From NCBI GenBank assembly GCA_002269645.1, contig NIVC01001162.1:54437-118436 (forward strand): 64,000 bases of DNA, written 5' to 3'. The number at the start of each line of letters is the position of its first letter. Within the stretch, counting starts at the first letter, position 1. The notes beneath the pieces were generated by a model, which searched no databases, had not been told where the DNA came from, and was given only the letters and a program-made list of their open reading frames with translations. Source of the DNA: Macrostomum lignano (lineage: Eukaryota). Below are positions 12,551 through 25,496 of this stretch, piece by piece. The position numbers were made by a program, and so were the translations under genes.

Positions 12551-13990
12551 TCACATAATAGTCAAAAAACTAAATAAACTGAAATAATTACTATAGCTAC
12601 TTGGGACCAGACTAATGGAAAAGAGTATTATTGTCTTTGCTGCATTTGACATCACCGCTTGTTGGCTACGCAGCTTTGCCAACACCTCAGCGACTTCCAG
12701 AAATGGTTCCAGAATGTGGAGATATTGCAAATTGAAAGTGACATACAAGATAATGAAGCACATGACTGTGTCCGATGCGTTATCAAAATGCAGCTTGGCT
12801 TCATTCACGACAACTCTGCACCACTTGTCATCATCCTTAATAATGCGTATCGGCAGATCGGAATCAAAAATCTTTTCTGGGTTGATTTTCAACCAACCCA
12901 ACAACAGGCAGACAGCGGAGCAGAGCTTCTCGTCATCAGACTCTACGCAAAGCACGAACTTTTTGCAGAGTTTGAAATTTTTTAAGCAGGCTTGCTTAGC
13001 ATAAACTTTCATCAAGGCTTCAGTTATATTCTTTCAAATTTCCGCGGGCCCTGATGACGGAATATAACCGGTCTTGCTTTTGTTGTACGTTTCAATCATT
13101 AGATGAGTCTCCTGCAGAATTACAGGCAGCAAGGTAAGCGGCCTGTATAGCTGGACTTGCTTGGCGACAGTCATTGTCTGGAACCAAAGAATACGCACTG
13201 GAAACAGTGCACACATTTCTTCGAGCACTTCAGCGACGTCCTTGCTTTTGTATTCTGCATTCAGTGTCAGTCATTGATGTTTGTTACTGGGCGGAGCCGT
13301 ACCATCACCTTCAAACTCAACACTTTTTGACACTCCACTTTCAGAGTTGTCTTTCTCTCATTGATGCTTCCTAACTGGCTGCTCATCGTCATCACCTGAT
13401 TTGTTAGCAGTGCTGTCAGCATCACTTGCGGAATCGTTGTAGTCCCCAGCAGGATCAGACGTAGTAGCAACAGTAGCCTTTCGCTTTCTAGGTCTACCAT
13501 GCTTGTCGCGCATCTGTGCAACGATTGGGCTTAAAAATTCGCTGTCCAGTTTCCTACTACAAACATCCTTCATGCGACGGATTATCTTGGCCTTCCAAAA
13601 GCAAAAAAACCTTTGGCGAATTGTCTTAAAGACCAGGATAGGTAGAAACTATGGCACAGCAGACGTCGCGAAGCTGCACCCTGGACAGATATGGATCTCG
13701 TTTGGTCTTGTACCAGTCAAAAATGTCATCTACAATACATTGAAGGAAGCGATTGACAAATGTTGAATTCAGTATTAAGTCTGAACCCTTTTCAGGGTTT
13801 AGCCAAAGGTCTCTAAGAACATCAGCCAATTTGACCATTCAAGTCAGCGTGTAAACTTGAGGCCATGGTAAGGTAGCTTCCACCTCTCCTTGCCTCGATT
13901 CGCCTCCAGCAGATTCATCAGCTCCGGTGATGATGCTAGGTCTCGGTTTCCTATCAGGAGTGCTTGGAATAAACAATGCCTTGTTTGGTG
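12551..13990 (-). mobile_element. Disrupted accessory ORF of a CACTA/EnSpm-like DNA transposon (SAMD3-like family)
   Basis: Pieces WPQVYTL.., LSRVQLRDVCCAIVSTYPGL, DKHGRPRKRK and FIILYVTFNLQY..LEPFLEV follow the motif order I recall for such ORFs. Contains stops and frameshifts; CpG is retained. Confidence 0.4.
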
Positions 13991-15919
13991 ATTTCGCAAC
14001 TTGCACAACCTCACCACTGAGCAGGAAAAAAACTAGCCTCTTCTACACTTCTACACTTCTATAGACACTTTAGTTTCTGTCGTATGAATCGTAGGAACAA
14101 GCATTAAATTTGTTTATTCCTAACAAACTATCAGTAAACTGCTTTATTTTAAGCTTTTTTGCTTTATTTTATTAAATATGCATCATGAAATTTGTTATTC
14201 TGCATAGATTCTTTTCACATGAAGAAGAATGTTAAATTTGTCCAGGACACTTCCTAATTGGGGGCTTAAGCCAAAGCTAGATCTAAAGCTAGACACTTTA
14301 GCAAATTCATTGAGACAAAATATTAATTTTGTGTAGAAAGCTGCACCATGAGCTTGTCAAGCGCTCATAGCAGATACTGTATACATGTAGGTGCAGCGTG
14401 TCTGGCATCTGCAAGATCTGCAAGTAAAGGATAGATTAGTAAGAAATGCATAAAAGATAAAGTATATCCTAAGTCCTACTATCATTTCTTTAAAAAAAAT
14501 TGCATATATGACTTCTTTTGAATGTACAACCCCTCAATATACATTTTTCCTATCTCTGTAGTGTATTTTGCATGTACACCTGTGCCAATTATGCTTAATA
14601 ACTTTGGTGTGGCAAAAGCTATCAGGATGTGCCTTTAGGACAAAGAGTTTGGCCTGTTTTGCTTTCATTTTATTGAAGAAACTAACTGGCCATTCTTTGG
14701 AACTTATAAAATTTCCCGATTTTTATGTCCCTTATAGGGATTTGCATGTATTTTGGCGATTTCCATTAAGCATACTGCGGCAAGAGTTACACTCATCCTG
14801 TCTAGCCTAAAAGTTTTATTTTGTCATTAAAAGTAAGTAGCAAAAAGAATTAGGGTGGCTGCTTTTTCCATTCAAAAGTTATGGCCATTTTAAATTTTAC
14901 ATGTACATGTACATGTACATATTTTTGAACAAAAAAAGTTCACTTAAAATGACCTCTAGGAAGTTACCTACACTCAGTGTGCAAGCATTCTTAGCAGTTA
15001 TGCACTCATTTACTAAAAAACAAATCCTCCCGATCCCATATTTTCAAGCAAATTCAGCAGTTTTAAAAATGTACAAAAATGTACACGATGTTTGACAGTC
15101 TGTATCTTTGTAATCGTAAGTCCTAAACATGTAAACTATATGTCGTTTGAAAGATCTGTTTGCCTTCTTTTCAATGAATATAAGAACGTTGTCATATCTT
15201 AAAATATTTAAAAAGTTACATTCATTTAAAGAAGACCACTTTTTTACCATTTTTTGGTTTTGCACATGCTAAAAATAGGCTCGCTGGACACCTTATTATA
15301 TGGTCACTAATGTTTTTATCTAATGCTACAAGTACTATAATTTTATATATAGTTTGTTTCAACCTTCCAAAGCTTTCTATTTGTTTTTAAAATGTACACA
15401 AAGTTAATGATATTTTTTGCTTAGAAAAATGTCCAAATTTTTTACAAAAATGACTTTTTGCTAATTGATAACATATTAATCCAACCTTTTACCATTCATT
15501 TATTCTTAGATTGTATATATTACACATAAAAAACATTTGGCAAAAAATTGGCTGATAAGGCAATGGCAAGCAAAAATATTGACTTTTTTTATTTTCCAAA
15601 TATGTCCATCTTATCTGGAATGAGCCATAATAGATAAAACAAAGTTGCTATTATGATATTATATGAATATGCTTCTAGTAATTTCTATGCTTATATCAAT
15701 ATATGTACAATAATAAGTATAATATAATGTTTACTAGTATAGCTTCTATAAAAAATAGTAACATATTCTAGAAACTTCTTATGTGCATCCCAAGGCTATC
15801 AATTATCCAATTTTATTCCAAAAAAGGTGACAAAGTCCACTTGCATAGGCCTAGTCTTATCAAAAACTTTAGCACTTCTAGAACTGGCTCTATGCATTTT
15901 ATATGCTTCAGATTGAATG

Positions 15920-17300
15920 CTACAATGTAATACATTTATTATTAGTATAATACAGAAGTATAATACAACAAATCGCAATGCATTCCAAAGTGTTACTTGC
16001 CTGAACGCTAATAGGATTTTCAGAAAACATAGTCATAGTAAAGGCTTCAATGTCTATATATACGAGCTGCTGGGAATTGGTAGACATCTGAAGCTTTATT
16101 TTTATCAATATGTACAATAGCAAGAATCTTCTCATTATTGGGCAGTCTTTGGTTAGACTCAAGTTTGAGAGCAATATTTTACTATCCTTGTAACTCTTAA
16201 CAAGGCCAGGAAGATTTTTAGCTAGCATTGTTAGATTAATTTTGAACAGTGCCAAATCATTTAAGTCAAGGGCCACATAGTTGGTTTTATATACTTGAGC
16301 ATATAAAGTGCTCATTAAATAACCTTTTGCAGAACAAAGCCTGGATTCTGAAGCAATGGGTACTTTTTCAAAGTAGCAGTCAGAGTGGATCCATAGAGCA
16401 AACCATTGCAAGAACTAAATAGCTCAGCATATTAGTTTAATGCATTTGTATGCAAAAAGCCCTATAAGTAGAAAATCAATAACCTCTAATTCATTGTCTG
16501 CAATGTACAATAGATTCAAAAAGAGTATTTTAAAGAGAGCTCAGTGTTTAGAACCAGTATCATCCTCATCAGCATCCTTGTCACTAAGCTGTTCCTTAGA
16601 TGCAGGTATAGACTCTGACTGTTCCAGATACCTTGATGCATATTTTAGTGGATTAAATTGCTCACAAAGTTTACACACAAGTAGAAATATTTCTTTGAAA
16701 TGCAAACTTTTCTTATGAGTGTGGTGAAACTTTGCAACAGGTTTCTTTTATTAGTAGACTTCCTCACTGCAGTCCTTAAAGCCTAAAAATTAAATAATAG
16801 CAAGATTTATTATATCTTGGTAACATGCCCCAATTTTATCTAAATATGGAGCAGCTGGGTAGCAGTATTATATGATGTCATCAAAGATCACAGTTATAAA
16901 ACTATTGGTTCAAGTTGTTGAAAAAAAGTAGATTAGGCTTCTGGGAATCCATTGCTTATAGAAACTTACAAAAATTGCTTCAAGAACACAGTAAGTTCCT
17001 GGCTATGGCTTGGTCCACTTCTGTTGAGGTGCAGTATACTTTATTTGAATGATACCAGTGTAGCCTTGCAAGATACCCAAACTAAATTTTTGGGATCTTA
17101 GAACCATTTATACATAGTGCAATGTCTAAAGAGTTATTAATCCCAAATGTAGTATAAATAAACATGCCTAAATTTTTGTAGTCACCATTATAGGGAACAA
17201 TGCAGATCTGGCCATCATATTGCACCTTTAGAAAGTCTGACAACTTCTCAGTACAAGTCTCTTGCTAGTTTGAGCAGGCCTAAAAAGAAGCAAGCTGCTT
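15920..17300 (-). mobile_element. Degenerate coding-like transposon remnant, family unresolved
   Basis: Protein-like minus-strand frame with many stops (..KVQYDGQICIVPYNGDY..; ..LQWFALWIHSDCYFEK..); almost no CpG. Confidence 0.3.
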
Positions 17301-18272
17301 TGCTTGTATTAATTATGCTTTTAATACTAATTTATAGCTAATCTATAATTAATCAATTTTTTTGTAAAAAGCATTGGTTTGTTTTTCCTTTTCACTGAAT
17401 TGAATTAAATTAATAAAATTCAAAGCATATAAAACTAAACTACTAACATTAAAAAATTATTAGATATCTTAACCTAAAGATAAATACTTAAGTACAAAAA
17501 GCTTATATCCATAAATAGAAAAAGTTATTAATGGATGAAAAAACTTAAGATTGTGAAAAAAACTCACAAAATAAATTAGAATCCATATTTAATACTATGT
17601 ATGCATTAAAGCTAGGAATAAAATGGATATCAGTGTTATTTTTGTTATCAGTGCTAAGAGCTTATTTTATACTATTGGTCTAAATAGTCCTATGGCACTA
17701 TATTTCTATCATTAACTCTCTCCTATTGAGGTTTTTCTATCAATCTAGGCATTACTAGGATTAGAGGTAAAATGCAATGTTTTATGATATGATATATAAA
17801 CGACAAGACCAGAAAAGATGCTTTTTTGTTATCATATTTTATTCTAAAAAAACAAAAGCACCTCTTTGGCCTATATATTTATGTGATTTGTATAATTTAA
17901 GATTGGTAGAGTAGAGCACCACAATGAAATCCCACATGTTGGGATAGATGGTTTCAATGAATGTTTGCCACTTGCTATGATGGCTTTCCTCTTTTGCATT
18001 GGTGCAGTCTTCACAATTATAAGCAAAAATCAAAGTCACTCCAACTTGTTCTAGCTAATAGTTGCAAATACAATATTGCACCTCAACAGAAGTGGACCAA
18101 GCCATAGCCAGGAACTTACTGTGTTCTTGAAGCAATTTTTTGTAAGTTTCTATAAGCAATGGATTCCCAGAAGCCTAATCTACTTTTTTTCAACAACTTG
18201 AACCAATAGTTTTATAACTGTGATCTTTGATGACATCATATAGTACTGCTACCCAGCTGCTCCATATTTAGA
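16839..18272. repeat. About 200-bp near-perfect inverted repeat pair (16839-17037 and 18073-18272)
   Basis: Reverse-complement alignment by eye: 2 substitutions and 1 homopolymer indel. Confidence 0.92.
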
Positions 18273-19266
18273 ATATATGCTTAGGCAGTCTATAGCAGCT
18301 GCAACTTTGCAGCACTCAAGCTAGTGACAAATATGTCTGGTAAAATAATAGCATACATTGGCTCAATATGCTCATATAAAACTTAAAAAAAGTGGTAGAC
18401 ACATGAGAAATTTTATAGCTCCAAATGTTAGCATTTTGGCATAAATAAGTCTATAGGCCTAGCTCATTTAGCTTTGTAAGAATTGCCTATGTAAAATGAA
18501 ACCAATAACCATTTGCAATTGCACTTGGAAATGCCTTTGTGAAGGAGTCCTGCAAAGCAGCTTCAAAGTCTATCATTATATTTAATGGCTTAAAATCTAA
18601 GCATGGTTCTTAGATCTTTGTTGCAGCCTTGGACTTGCCACTTAGGAGTGAAAAGATGCATAGAAAAAGTTACCTTGTTTATATATCAATTGTTAGTAAC
18701 TGGTAGAAAATGCATAGCACCATGTGAAAATGTGAAATATACCATTGGCAAAGATAGCGTCAACATTTTCAAGCTCTTTTAGCAGGCCAGGGTGTGCAAC
18801 AAATGGTAGAATGTTTTCCAGTGCAACTGCCATATTGATAAACTTTCTTACCATCAATACCACAGCATTGAAGGTTTAGATTGCCAGCCTTGAGGAGTTG
18901 TATAGCCTCCTCAATTGAAGTAGGAATGTAAGGCTAGATGTCATGCCACATGTAAAGCTCCACTTTTAAAAAGGCAATATAATGCACACCCACATTGCTA
19001 CTTGAAATCTCATCAAACACTGAATACAGGTGATTTGTAGGCTACTCCATATTTGCACTATTTAGGCTACATTTTAGCTTCATCACATGCACTTCACTGT
19101 CTGCAACTAGATCATTGTGCTGTCTATTCAGAGTTAGATCTTTACCTCTTACCTCAACATGTGATTGTGAAATAGTTTGTTTTATTGTGTCTTTGTAGCA
19201 ATAAAGGAATTTCCTATAAAGCAAAAGGTTGGATCTTTTCTTGCCTTCAACCAACTCAAGGGCCAT
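17839..19266 (-). mobile_element. FLYWCH-type MULE (Mutator-like) transposase pseudogene, interrupted by a 200-bp insertion
   Basis: N-terminus LELVEGKKRSNLLLYRKFLY; IFANGIF (DGTF motif) near 18740; IMIDFEAAL..FPSAIANGYWFHFT*AI (DFE..GCWFH motif) at about 18480-18580; CTNAKEESHH..YPNMWDFI (RTNN..E.WH..HPN.W motif) at 17900-18010. Confidence 0.75.
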
Positions 19267-19608
19267 TGAGTTTAAGCTGTTTCTATGTTTCCAAGTGTCA
19301 ACGTGAAATTGATGTACATAACTAAATGGTTGGATACTATTTAAGTAAACTTAGTATATTACAAGAATATATTATTTTTGGACTATTGATATATATATGT
19401 TGTTAATATATACACATGATATATACATGATATATACATGTTATTATATATATATTATGCACCCTACTCCAAGCTACTGAGGCCTTTTATCTCTGAATCT
19501 ATTTGATGTCTTTTACCTTAATATAACCTTTACCAATATTTTAATATTGTAAAGTTTCATATTTGTGCCATATTTCCCAAAATTTCTAGCAACTTTTCAG
19601 TCTATATA

Positions 19609-20200
19609 CCCTATAGGAAAAAGTTGTAAAACTGCGGACGGTGTCCGGCGCACTTTTGAAATTTTTCTAAAGCGCAGCGCGCGCACAGGCGCAGCGCCTG
19701 CGCGCGCTGCCCTTTCTTACTGGCTGCTGCTCTAGCAAATACATATACATGGAAATGGGTATAATACCTCTGTTGAAGGGGCTTATACACTCGTAATTTA
19801 TTAAGCTTAGAGATGTTCCGAAAATTCAATTTCAATTTTCCAAAATTTGAAATTTTTTAGAGCAAATTTCAATTTCGAAATAAAATTTAGAAGTGAAAAT
19901 TTTGGTAGTGTTTAAAAAGTCGCTAAAAATAAACTACTTTCTACTACATATACATGTATTACTTTTTGCTTAAGCAGTAAATTGAAAGTAAAAAAGTGAG
20001 TGTTGATCATACTAAACTTTGTTTTTCTGAATTATGATTTTGGGAAATTTCAATTTTGATTTTGGAAAGTTAGCAAATTTTGATTTCGACGAAACTGCAG
20101 ATCTTTCGGAACATCTCTAATAATCCTGAAGCGCGGTAAAATAGTTTGACTCTTTTCTAAAGCGCGCGTCCGCGGGTTTTAAACATTTATTCCAATAGGG
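19609..20200. mobile_element. 592-bp non-autonomous DNA transposon (MITE) with imperfect TIRs of about 35 bp and an 8-bp TSD
   Basis: TCTATATA at 19601-19608 and 20201-20208. Ends CCCTATAGGAAAAAGTTGTAAAACTGCGGACG and CGTCCGCGGGTTTTAAACATTTATTCCAATAGGG. CpG-rich. Confidence 0.8.
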
Positions 20201-20559
20201 TCTATATATGAGACTGTCTTCTCACATTTATCTAAACCTTATGGCAAGCCTGTCTGCCATTAAATGATTATACTTCCTGCTACAATATACATATATATAT
20301 ATATATAGCACAGAGCCTACATTATATAGGAAACAAAAAATTTCCAAAAATTATATTTGTAGAATCATGAACAAAACATGTTGTACATATGATAGTCCAT
20401 GTTGTTACATAGAAGTTCATTGTAAATGATAGTTTAAAGGGCCTAAAACCTGAATTATATAGAAATAGGTGGCAAGCCTATTAATTCATCATATTATGCT
20501 AGCTATTATTTTGTTTTTATTTTTGAAAGCTTACCATGATAATTATCTCAAAGACCAAT

Positions 20560-21035
20560 ATACTATAAGTCTCCATGGCTATAGTCGAAGGAAATGTATG
20601 AATAAATAGAGATGAAAATAGGAGCAGAATAACCAAGCAAGACAAAATAAAAATAAGAATAAAGGCAGATATAGAAACAAGAAAGAGGCCATGAAATGTA
20701 AAATATGGCTTCTATGAGACATGGGTCTTAAGCAGTTTAGAATTCAAGCCTAGATTTGCTAAAAAGCTGACAAAAGTTCCAGGGCTTAGAATACTTGGCA
20801 ATGGCAATATAAGAATTCTTAGCAAGCTAGTTAACAAAATGGGACTATTAGAGTAAATTTATGATATGTAGGCCCTTTATTATTTGACTAGTAGCTTGTA
20901 AGAATATTTTGCTTTTGAGGCAAAGGGTGGTAAAAGAGACTAGCTCATTAGGGCACTGACCTTGAATGATCTTATGAAAAAAGACAAGACCAGTAATATA
21001 TGGTGGACTTGTCTAATGATTTGGTCACATTATAA
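20560..21035 (+). mobile_element. Degraded non-LTR retrotransposon (RTE-like) ORF2 3' end
   Basis: Residual YETWVL and RP..DL..DL-like motifs in a stop-ridden frame; weak. Confidence 0.3.
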
Positions 21036-21208
21036 AAAAATTGCATAAAAATTCAAATTCTACTGCATCCATTTTTAAAGTATAGGTAAAAAATCAGTGT
21101 TCCTAATTGAAAATCAGGATAGTATAAAATCTCATCAACCAAACATGATGCCCTAAAACCAAACAAGGCAAAAATATAATGAATATTTTGGGTTTAGGTC
21201 TAACCACT

Positions 21209-21335
21209 GGGGGTTATAGCCAAGTGGTTAAAGTGTAGGACTCACAACTTGAAGGTTGGAACAACTTCACACTTTATTCTGCATTGCTTCAGCTCACCCA
21301 GTTGTAAAATAGGTGCCAGCATTAGCTAGGGTAAT
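21209..21335 (+). mobile_element. Degraded tRNA-derived SINE
   Basis: tRNA-like head GGTTATAGCCAAGTGGTTAAAGTG..GACTC followed by a SINE-core-like CTCACCCAGTTGTAAAATAGGTGCC; no complete cloverleaf. Confidence 0.35.
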
Positions 21336-22707
21336 TGAGGGTATATGTGGAAACCCCCTAGTCCTTGTACTGAATAGGCATACTCAGCCTTCAGATATAC
21401 CATGCAATAGCTATGGCTAATCTGTCAGTTGCATATCTGCCCAATTGGGATAGGTATAATCAAATATTACTAATAGAATGAATAAAATACAAATTATATT
21501 TAGTGAAACTTTTAAGGTACACAAAATAGTTTTAAATCTTAGCTACCTACAATATATTAAAAGTAAAAATGATGCAAGTGTCTAAGTATGTATACCAAAC
21601 TTTAAAAGTACAATTTAGTAAGTTTTTATTGAACTAGATAATGGAAAGTGGTATGATATCATAGAAAACATGCTAGATAATCAGGATAAAAGTTAACAAG
21701 GTTAATTCTCCCTGCTATCAGCCCATGTATTTATAGGCTTTCTTACTACTATTTAAAACAAAAAAACTTCATATTATTCATAACATTTACAATAATATAC
21801 TTTTAAACACCTTTGTGCAATTTTAAACACAATAATTTCTAGGAAAGATGCTTCAAAGAATAAGGAATATCACAGATATTCAGAACCATTAAGCTTAATA
21901 GTAATATTAATCCTTTAGATCTTTATAGAGCTTCATAGACTTGTAAAGACACCTAGCATATGCATTCCTGTTTTAATTAGAGGTTTTTAAATTTCCCTTT
22001 TATTGCATCGTGACATTGTTTGTTCTTAAGGTGTGGCATATTTTTAAGATGAAAGTCCACTTTCTGCTTGCTACAAGTGCCACACCTTGGCAAATTTGTA
22101 GTGCTATAATTTTAGAGTAAACTTTTGCCACACATCTATAGGATCTAAAATTATATTTCAATAGGGTCAAAATCTAGGATGCCAAAATAAAAGTCAAGAT
22201 ACCATAGTATTGGTACTTTTATACCACAAAAATCTGCAGTAGAAGCTTATTTTAGTGTTTTAAATGTATTTTTATTTTTATAATTAACTACTTGAAACTA
22301 TTTTAGGTAATTTGGTACTAGAGGTTAGATTAGATGAATTTTTTAATTTGAAAAATATTGGAAGCTTGGGATTTTAAATGTTATTAGGATCAAAGGGTTT
22401 AGGATTATAAGAGTGTGATTGTGATATAAGAGTGTATTGTACACAAGTAGAATGGCTAGGACTGCCTTTATCTGACCTCTAGCTCCTATCACTCCAATCA
22501 CACATGTATGCGGAATTCAAAATCTTTTTGTATTGAGATCCCATCCTGCCTTTATCTGGTGCTCACTGGACCTTTGAGGGTCAGTGTCAATGCAAGCAAT
22601 GTAGGCGTTAACTGGTGCTGGAATTCCAATAGGATTATAACAAGATAAATTTTATGAATTATTAATAAATTGCCAGCATCTAAACTGTGCACTCTGGCTG
22701 CTGGCAG

Positions 22708-23364
22708 ATGTCTGACCCGAATGCAGCAGCCTACCGGCCCAGCACTCTGCCCAGAATGCGAGGCGAATTCAATCCGCCGTCAGAGACTTCAACCCAGCAG
22801 CCGAAGCGCGGCATCCTTCGCGGCGCCGGTGGCGGCTCGGCGAGTCCCCTGCTGGACCAGGGCGTCGCCACAGTCAGCGAGTCGGTGACCACGGCAACCA
22901 GCACCACCGCCGGAAATCCTTGCGCTCCTGGCGGCGATCGCGACGACGCCGACGATGATCTCTGCGACGACGGTCAAGACGGCGTCGTTCTGGTTGAGGA
23001 TAAATCCTTCAGTGTCCGCCTGCCGCTGGCCGATCCCAGCCCGTTGCGACCGCCGGAGCTGCGCAAAGTAACGCTGGCGCGCACCGCCAAAGGCGATTTC
23101 GGCTTCCAGTTGCGCAAGACTTTCCTGTACGATCGGGCTTCGGGCGAGAAGCTGCCGGTGATGCTGGCCGAGCCCGGGCAGCGAGCGAACCTGGGCCTGC
23201 TGCCCGGCGACCGCCTAGTAACCATTAACGGTATTGACGCGCGCAGCCGGTCCAAGGAAGAGATTGTGGACATTATTCGCCAGTCCGAGGGCGAGATCTG
23301 CCTCACTGTTCAGCAGGTTCCGGAGCTGTCCGAGTTAAGCAGTCGGGCGAGGCAGCAACAAGTG
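22708..23364 (+). CDS. MYO18A: Myosin XVIII exon: N-terminal extension with PDZ domain
   Basis: PKRGIL motif; VTLARTAKGDFGFQLRK..LGLLPGDRLVTING..EEIVDIIRQS..VPELSELS matches the MYO18A PDZ. Donor GTG|gtgagt. ATG at 22708 follows CAG, so upstream exons are possible. Confidence 0.88.
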
Positions 23365-23436
23365 GTGAGTAGTGCTCTGCACTTTCACAAGCTCAGAATT
23401 CCATAATTGTCTTAAAGATTCCGGTGTGGAGTCCGG

Positions 23437-23568
23437 AGTACTGAGTCCTGAGTGCTGAGTCCTGAGTGTTCGATGCTGAGTCCTCGATGCTGAAACCTGA
23501 GTGCTGAGTCCTGAGTGTTCGATGCTGAGTCCTCAGTGCTGAGTTCTCAGTGCTGAGTCCTCAGTGCC
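23437..23568. repeat. Short CTGAGTC/CTGAGTG-based tandem repeat in the myosin XVIII intron after the PDZ exon
   Basis: Direct repeats visible. Confidence 0.85.
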
Positions 23569-23958
23569 CGACCATTCCTGTGCCAAGTCTTAGTGGAGGG
23601 ATAATGAGAGGTAACATAAAAAATTTTGCTCCTCTTTCTTAAGCTAAAATCTTTTTATTTAAAAAAACTCTCGTAAGATCAGTTTATCAGTGCGATTTAT
23701 AATTAGTCCGAATTTTATTCAGTATAAAAATTCGAGTTTTTGTTTATGCGGGTGTGCATTTTGACTGTTTTTTAGAATTCATTGTCAGAAGGCCAACAAT
23801 TCAAGTTATATGGCATGGCACACGCTGCGACACAGGAACCCCGGCCCACAACTGTTTGATAAATCTTTGCTTAAAAGAAACTCTTTTTAAGAATGAAGTT
23901 TCTACTCAAGTCAGAATCTCAGATTTTTGTGCTTTTAAAAAAATTAAATTTCGCACAG

Positions 23959-24039
23959 TGCAAGAGGTGCCTCATCAGGCAGCAGATGAAGGTCGGCGCT
24001 GACATCAACTCAGCTGTTCGAGTTCGGAATGCTCAACAG
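23959..24039 (+). CDS. MYO18A: Candidate 81-nt in-frame cassette exon of myosin XVIII
   Basis: tttcgcacag|TGC..CAG|gttgca, phase 0/0, open frame CKRCLIRQQMKVGADINSAVRVRNAQQ. Weak donor; no homology recognised. Confidence 0.4.
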
Positions 24040-24085
24040 GTTGCATAGTGGCGTTTGGCGTCAGCTTTGTTGATTGTTTGTTATA

Positions 24086-24463
24086 TGGGCTGCTTTCTGC
24101 CCTCCCTACTGGTCCTTTGCTGGGCTGCTATCTGCCCTCCCCACTGGTCCTTTGCTGGGCTGCTATCTGCCCTCCCCACTGGTCCTTTGCTGGGCTGCTA
24201 TCTGCCCTCCCCACTGGTCCTTTGCTGGGCTGCTATCTGCCCTCCCCACTGGTCCTTTGCTGGGCTGCTATCTGCCCTCCCCACTGGTCCTTTGCTGGGC
24301 TGCTATCTGCCCTCCCCACTGGTCCTTTGCTGGGCTGCTATCTCCCCTCCCCACTGGTGCTGGGCTGCCATCTCCCCTCCCCACTGGTCCTTTGCTGGGC
24401 TGCTATCTGCCCTCCCCACTGGTGCTGGGCTGCTATCTGCCCTCCCCACTGGTGCTGGGCTGC
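24086..24463. repeat. 35-bp minisatellite (TGGGCTGCTATCTGCCCTCCCCACTGGTCCTTTGC), about 11 copies
   Basis: Direct repeats; three cycling frames in the ORF track. Confidence 0.95.
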
Positions 24464-24832
24464 CATTAACCGACACTTTACAGCCCTAAGTTGAATTTTG
24501 AAGTCTTACATTCAACTGTTTATTTGATTGTTAAATTATTTTGAAAGTTAACAAACACCATTTCAATAATAGTTTAAAATGTATTTTTTGTATTTAGTGT
24601 TAAATAGACCAAGTTTACAGGAAACAAACTTTTGATTAAATGGTCAAAGCATTATTGCAAAGTCGGGTATGTTGATTTGGACCTTAAAACTGTTAGGATT
24701 CTGTAGTCATTGAAAATACGACTAATTAGATAGCAAGTCATTTGCCACGTGTAGTAAGCACATAGCTACTCCTGCTGTTTACCTTGATAGCAAATACTAT
24801 TACATCAACTTGTAAATATTTCTACGCCGCAG

Positions 24833-25420
24833 GACACATCCGACGAGGTGGACACCGACGTCACGGAGGCCTCCGGCGCAGGCACCGGCTCCACAGCCGG
24901 CGTCGGCTGCCGCTTCTGGCTGGTGCACAAAGAGGGCTACACAGGCTGCACTGTAGTTGAAAAACTTCAAGATTACAAAGTCCGAGTCCGCCTAGAGCAC
25001 AATGGCAAACTGATCACTGTAGAATCTGACGATATTGAGCAGGCCAACAGCGCTAAACTCGATCGAGTTGAAAATTTAATCCAACTTCGCTACCTGAACG
25101 AGTGCTCGCTGGTTCACGTGCTACGGGCTCGGTATTCTAGCAATCTAATTCACACCTATTGCGGCCCCGGCCTCCTAGTGCTCAATCCCATGTACCCGCT
25201 GTCAATCTACACCGAGCGAGTTATGGAAACGTTTCGCGGCTGCCGTCAGCAGGAGATGCCGCCGCACATATACGCTTCAGCGCAGATGGCTTACAGAAGC
25301 CTGCTGACCAATCAGAGCAGCCAGGCCGTCTGCCTAGTTGGACGGAGCGGCTCGGGCAAGTCTTACTGTGTCCGGCATCTGCTGCACTATTTCCTGCAGG
25401 CTGGCTCCTGTCCTAGCAAG
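24833..25420 (+). CDS. MYO18A: Myosin XVIII exon: SH3-like segment and motor P-loop
   Basis: WLVHKEGY..YLNECSLVHVLRARY..MPPHIYASAQMAY..GRSGSGKS; tacgccgcag|GAC, AAG|gtgata. Confidence 0.92.
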
Positions 25421-25496
25421 GTGATACCGCTGTTCTGCTTTCATTTAGCTTCAGGGTCTTGTTTAAAAACTTAGGGCCATGTTTAAAAAACTTCAG

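Noticed and set aside
15920-17300. KDZ/CxC transposase identity for this remnant
   Set aside because: Only a YDG-like motif is recognisable, which is insufficient.
16839-18272. Inverted-pair mismatches as support for CpA mutation
   Set aside because: Its two substitutions are in CpT context, so they do not support, and mildly counter, the CpA claim.
21209-21290. Functional tRNA gene
   Set aside because: No complete cloverleaf or intact B-box, and it is followed by a SINE-like core.
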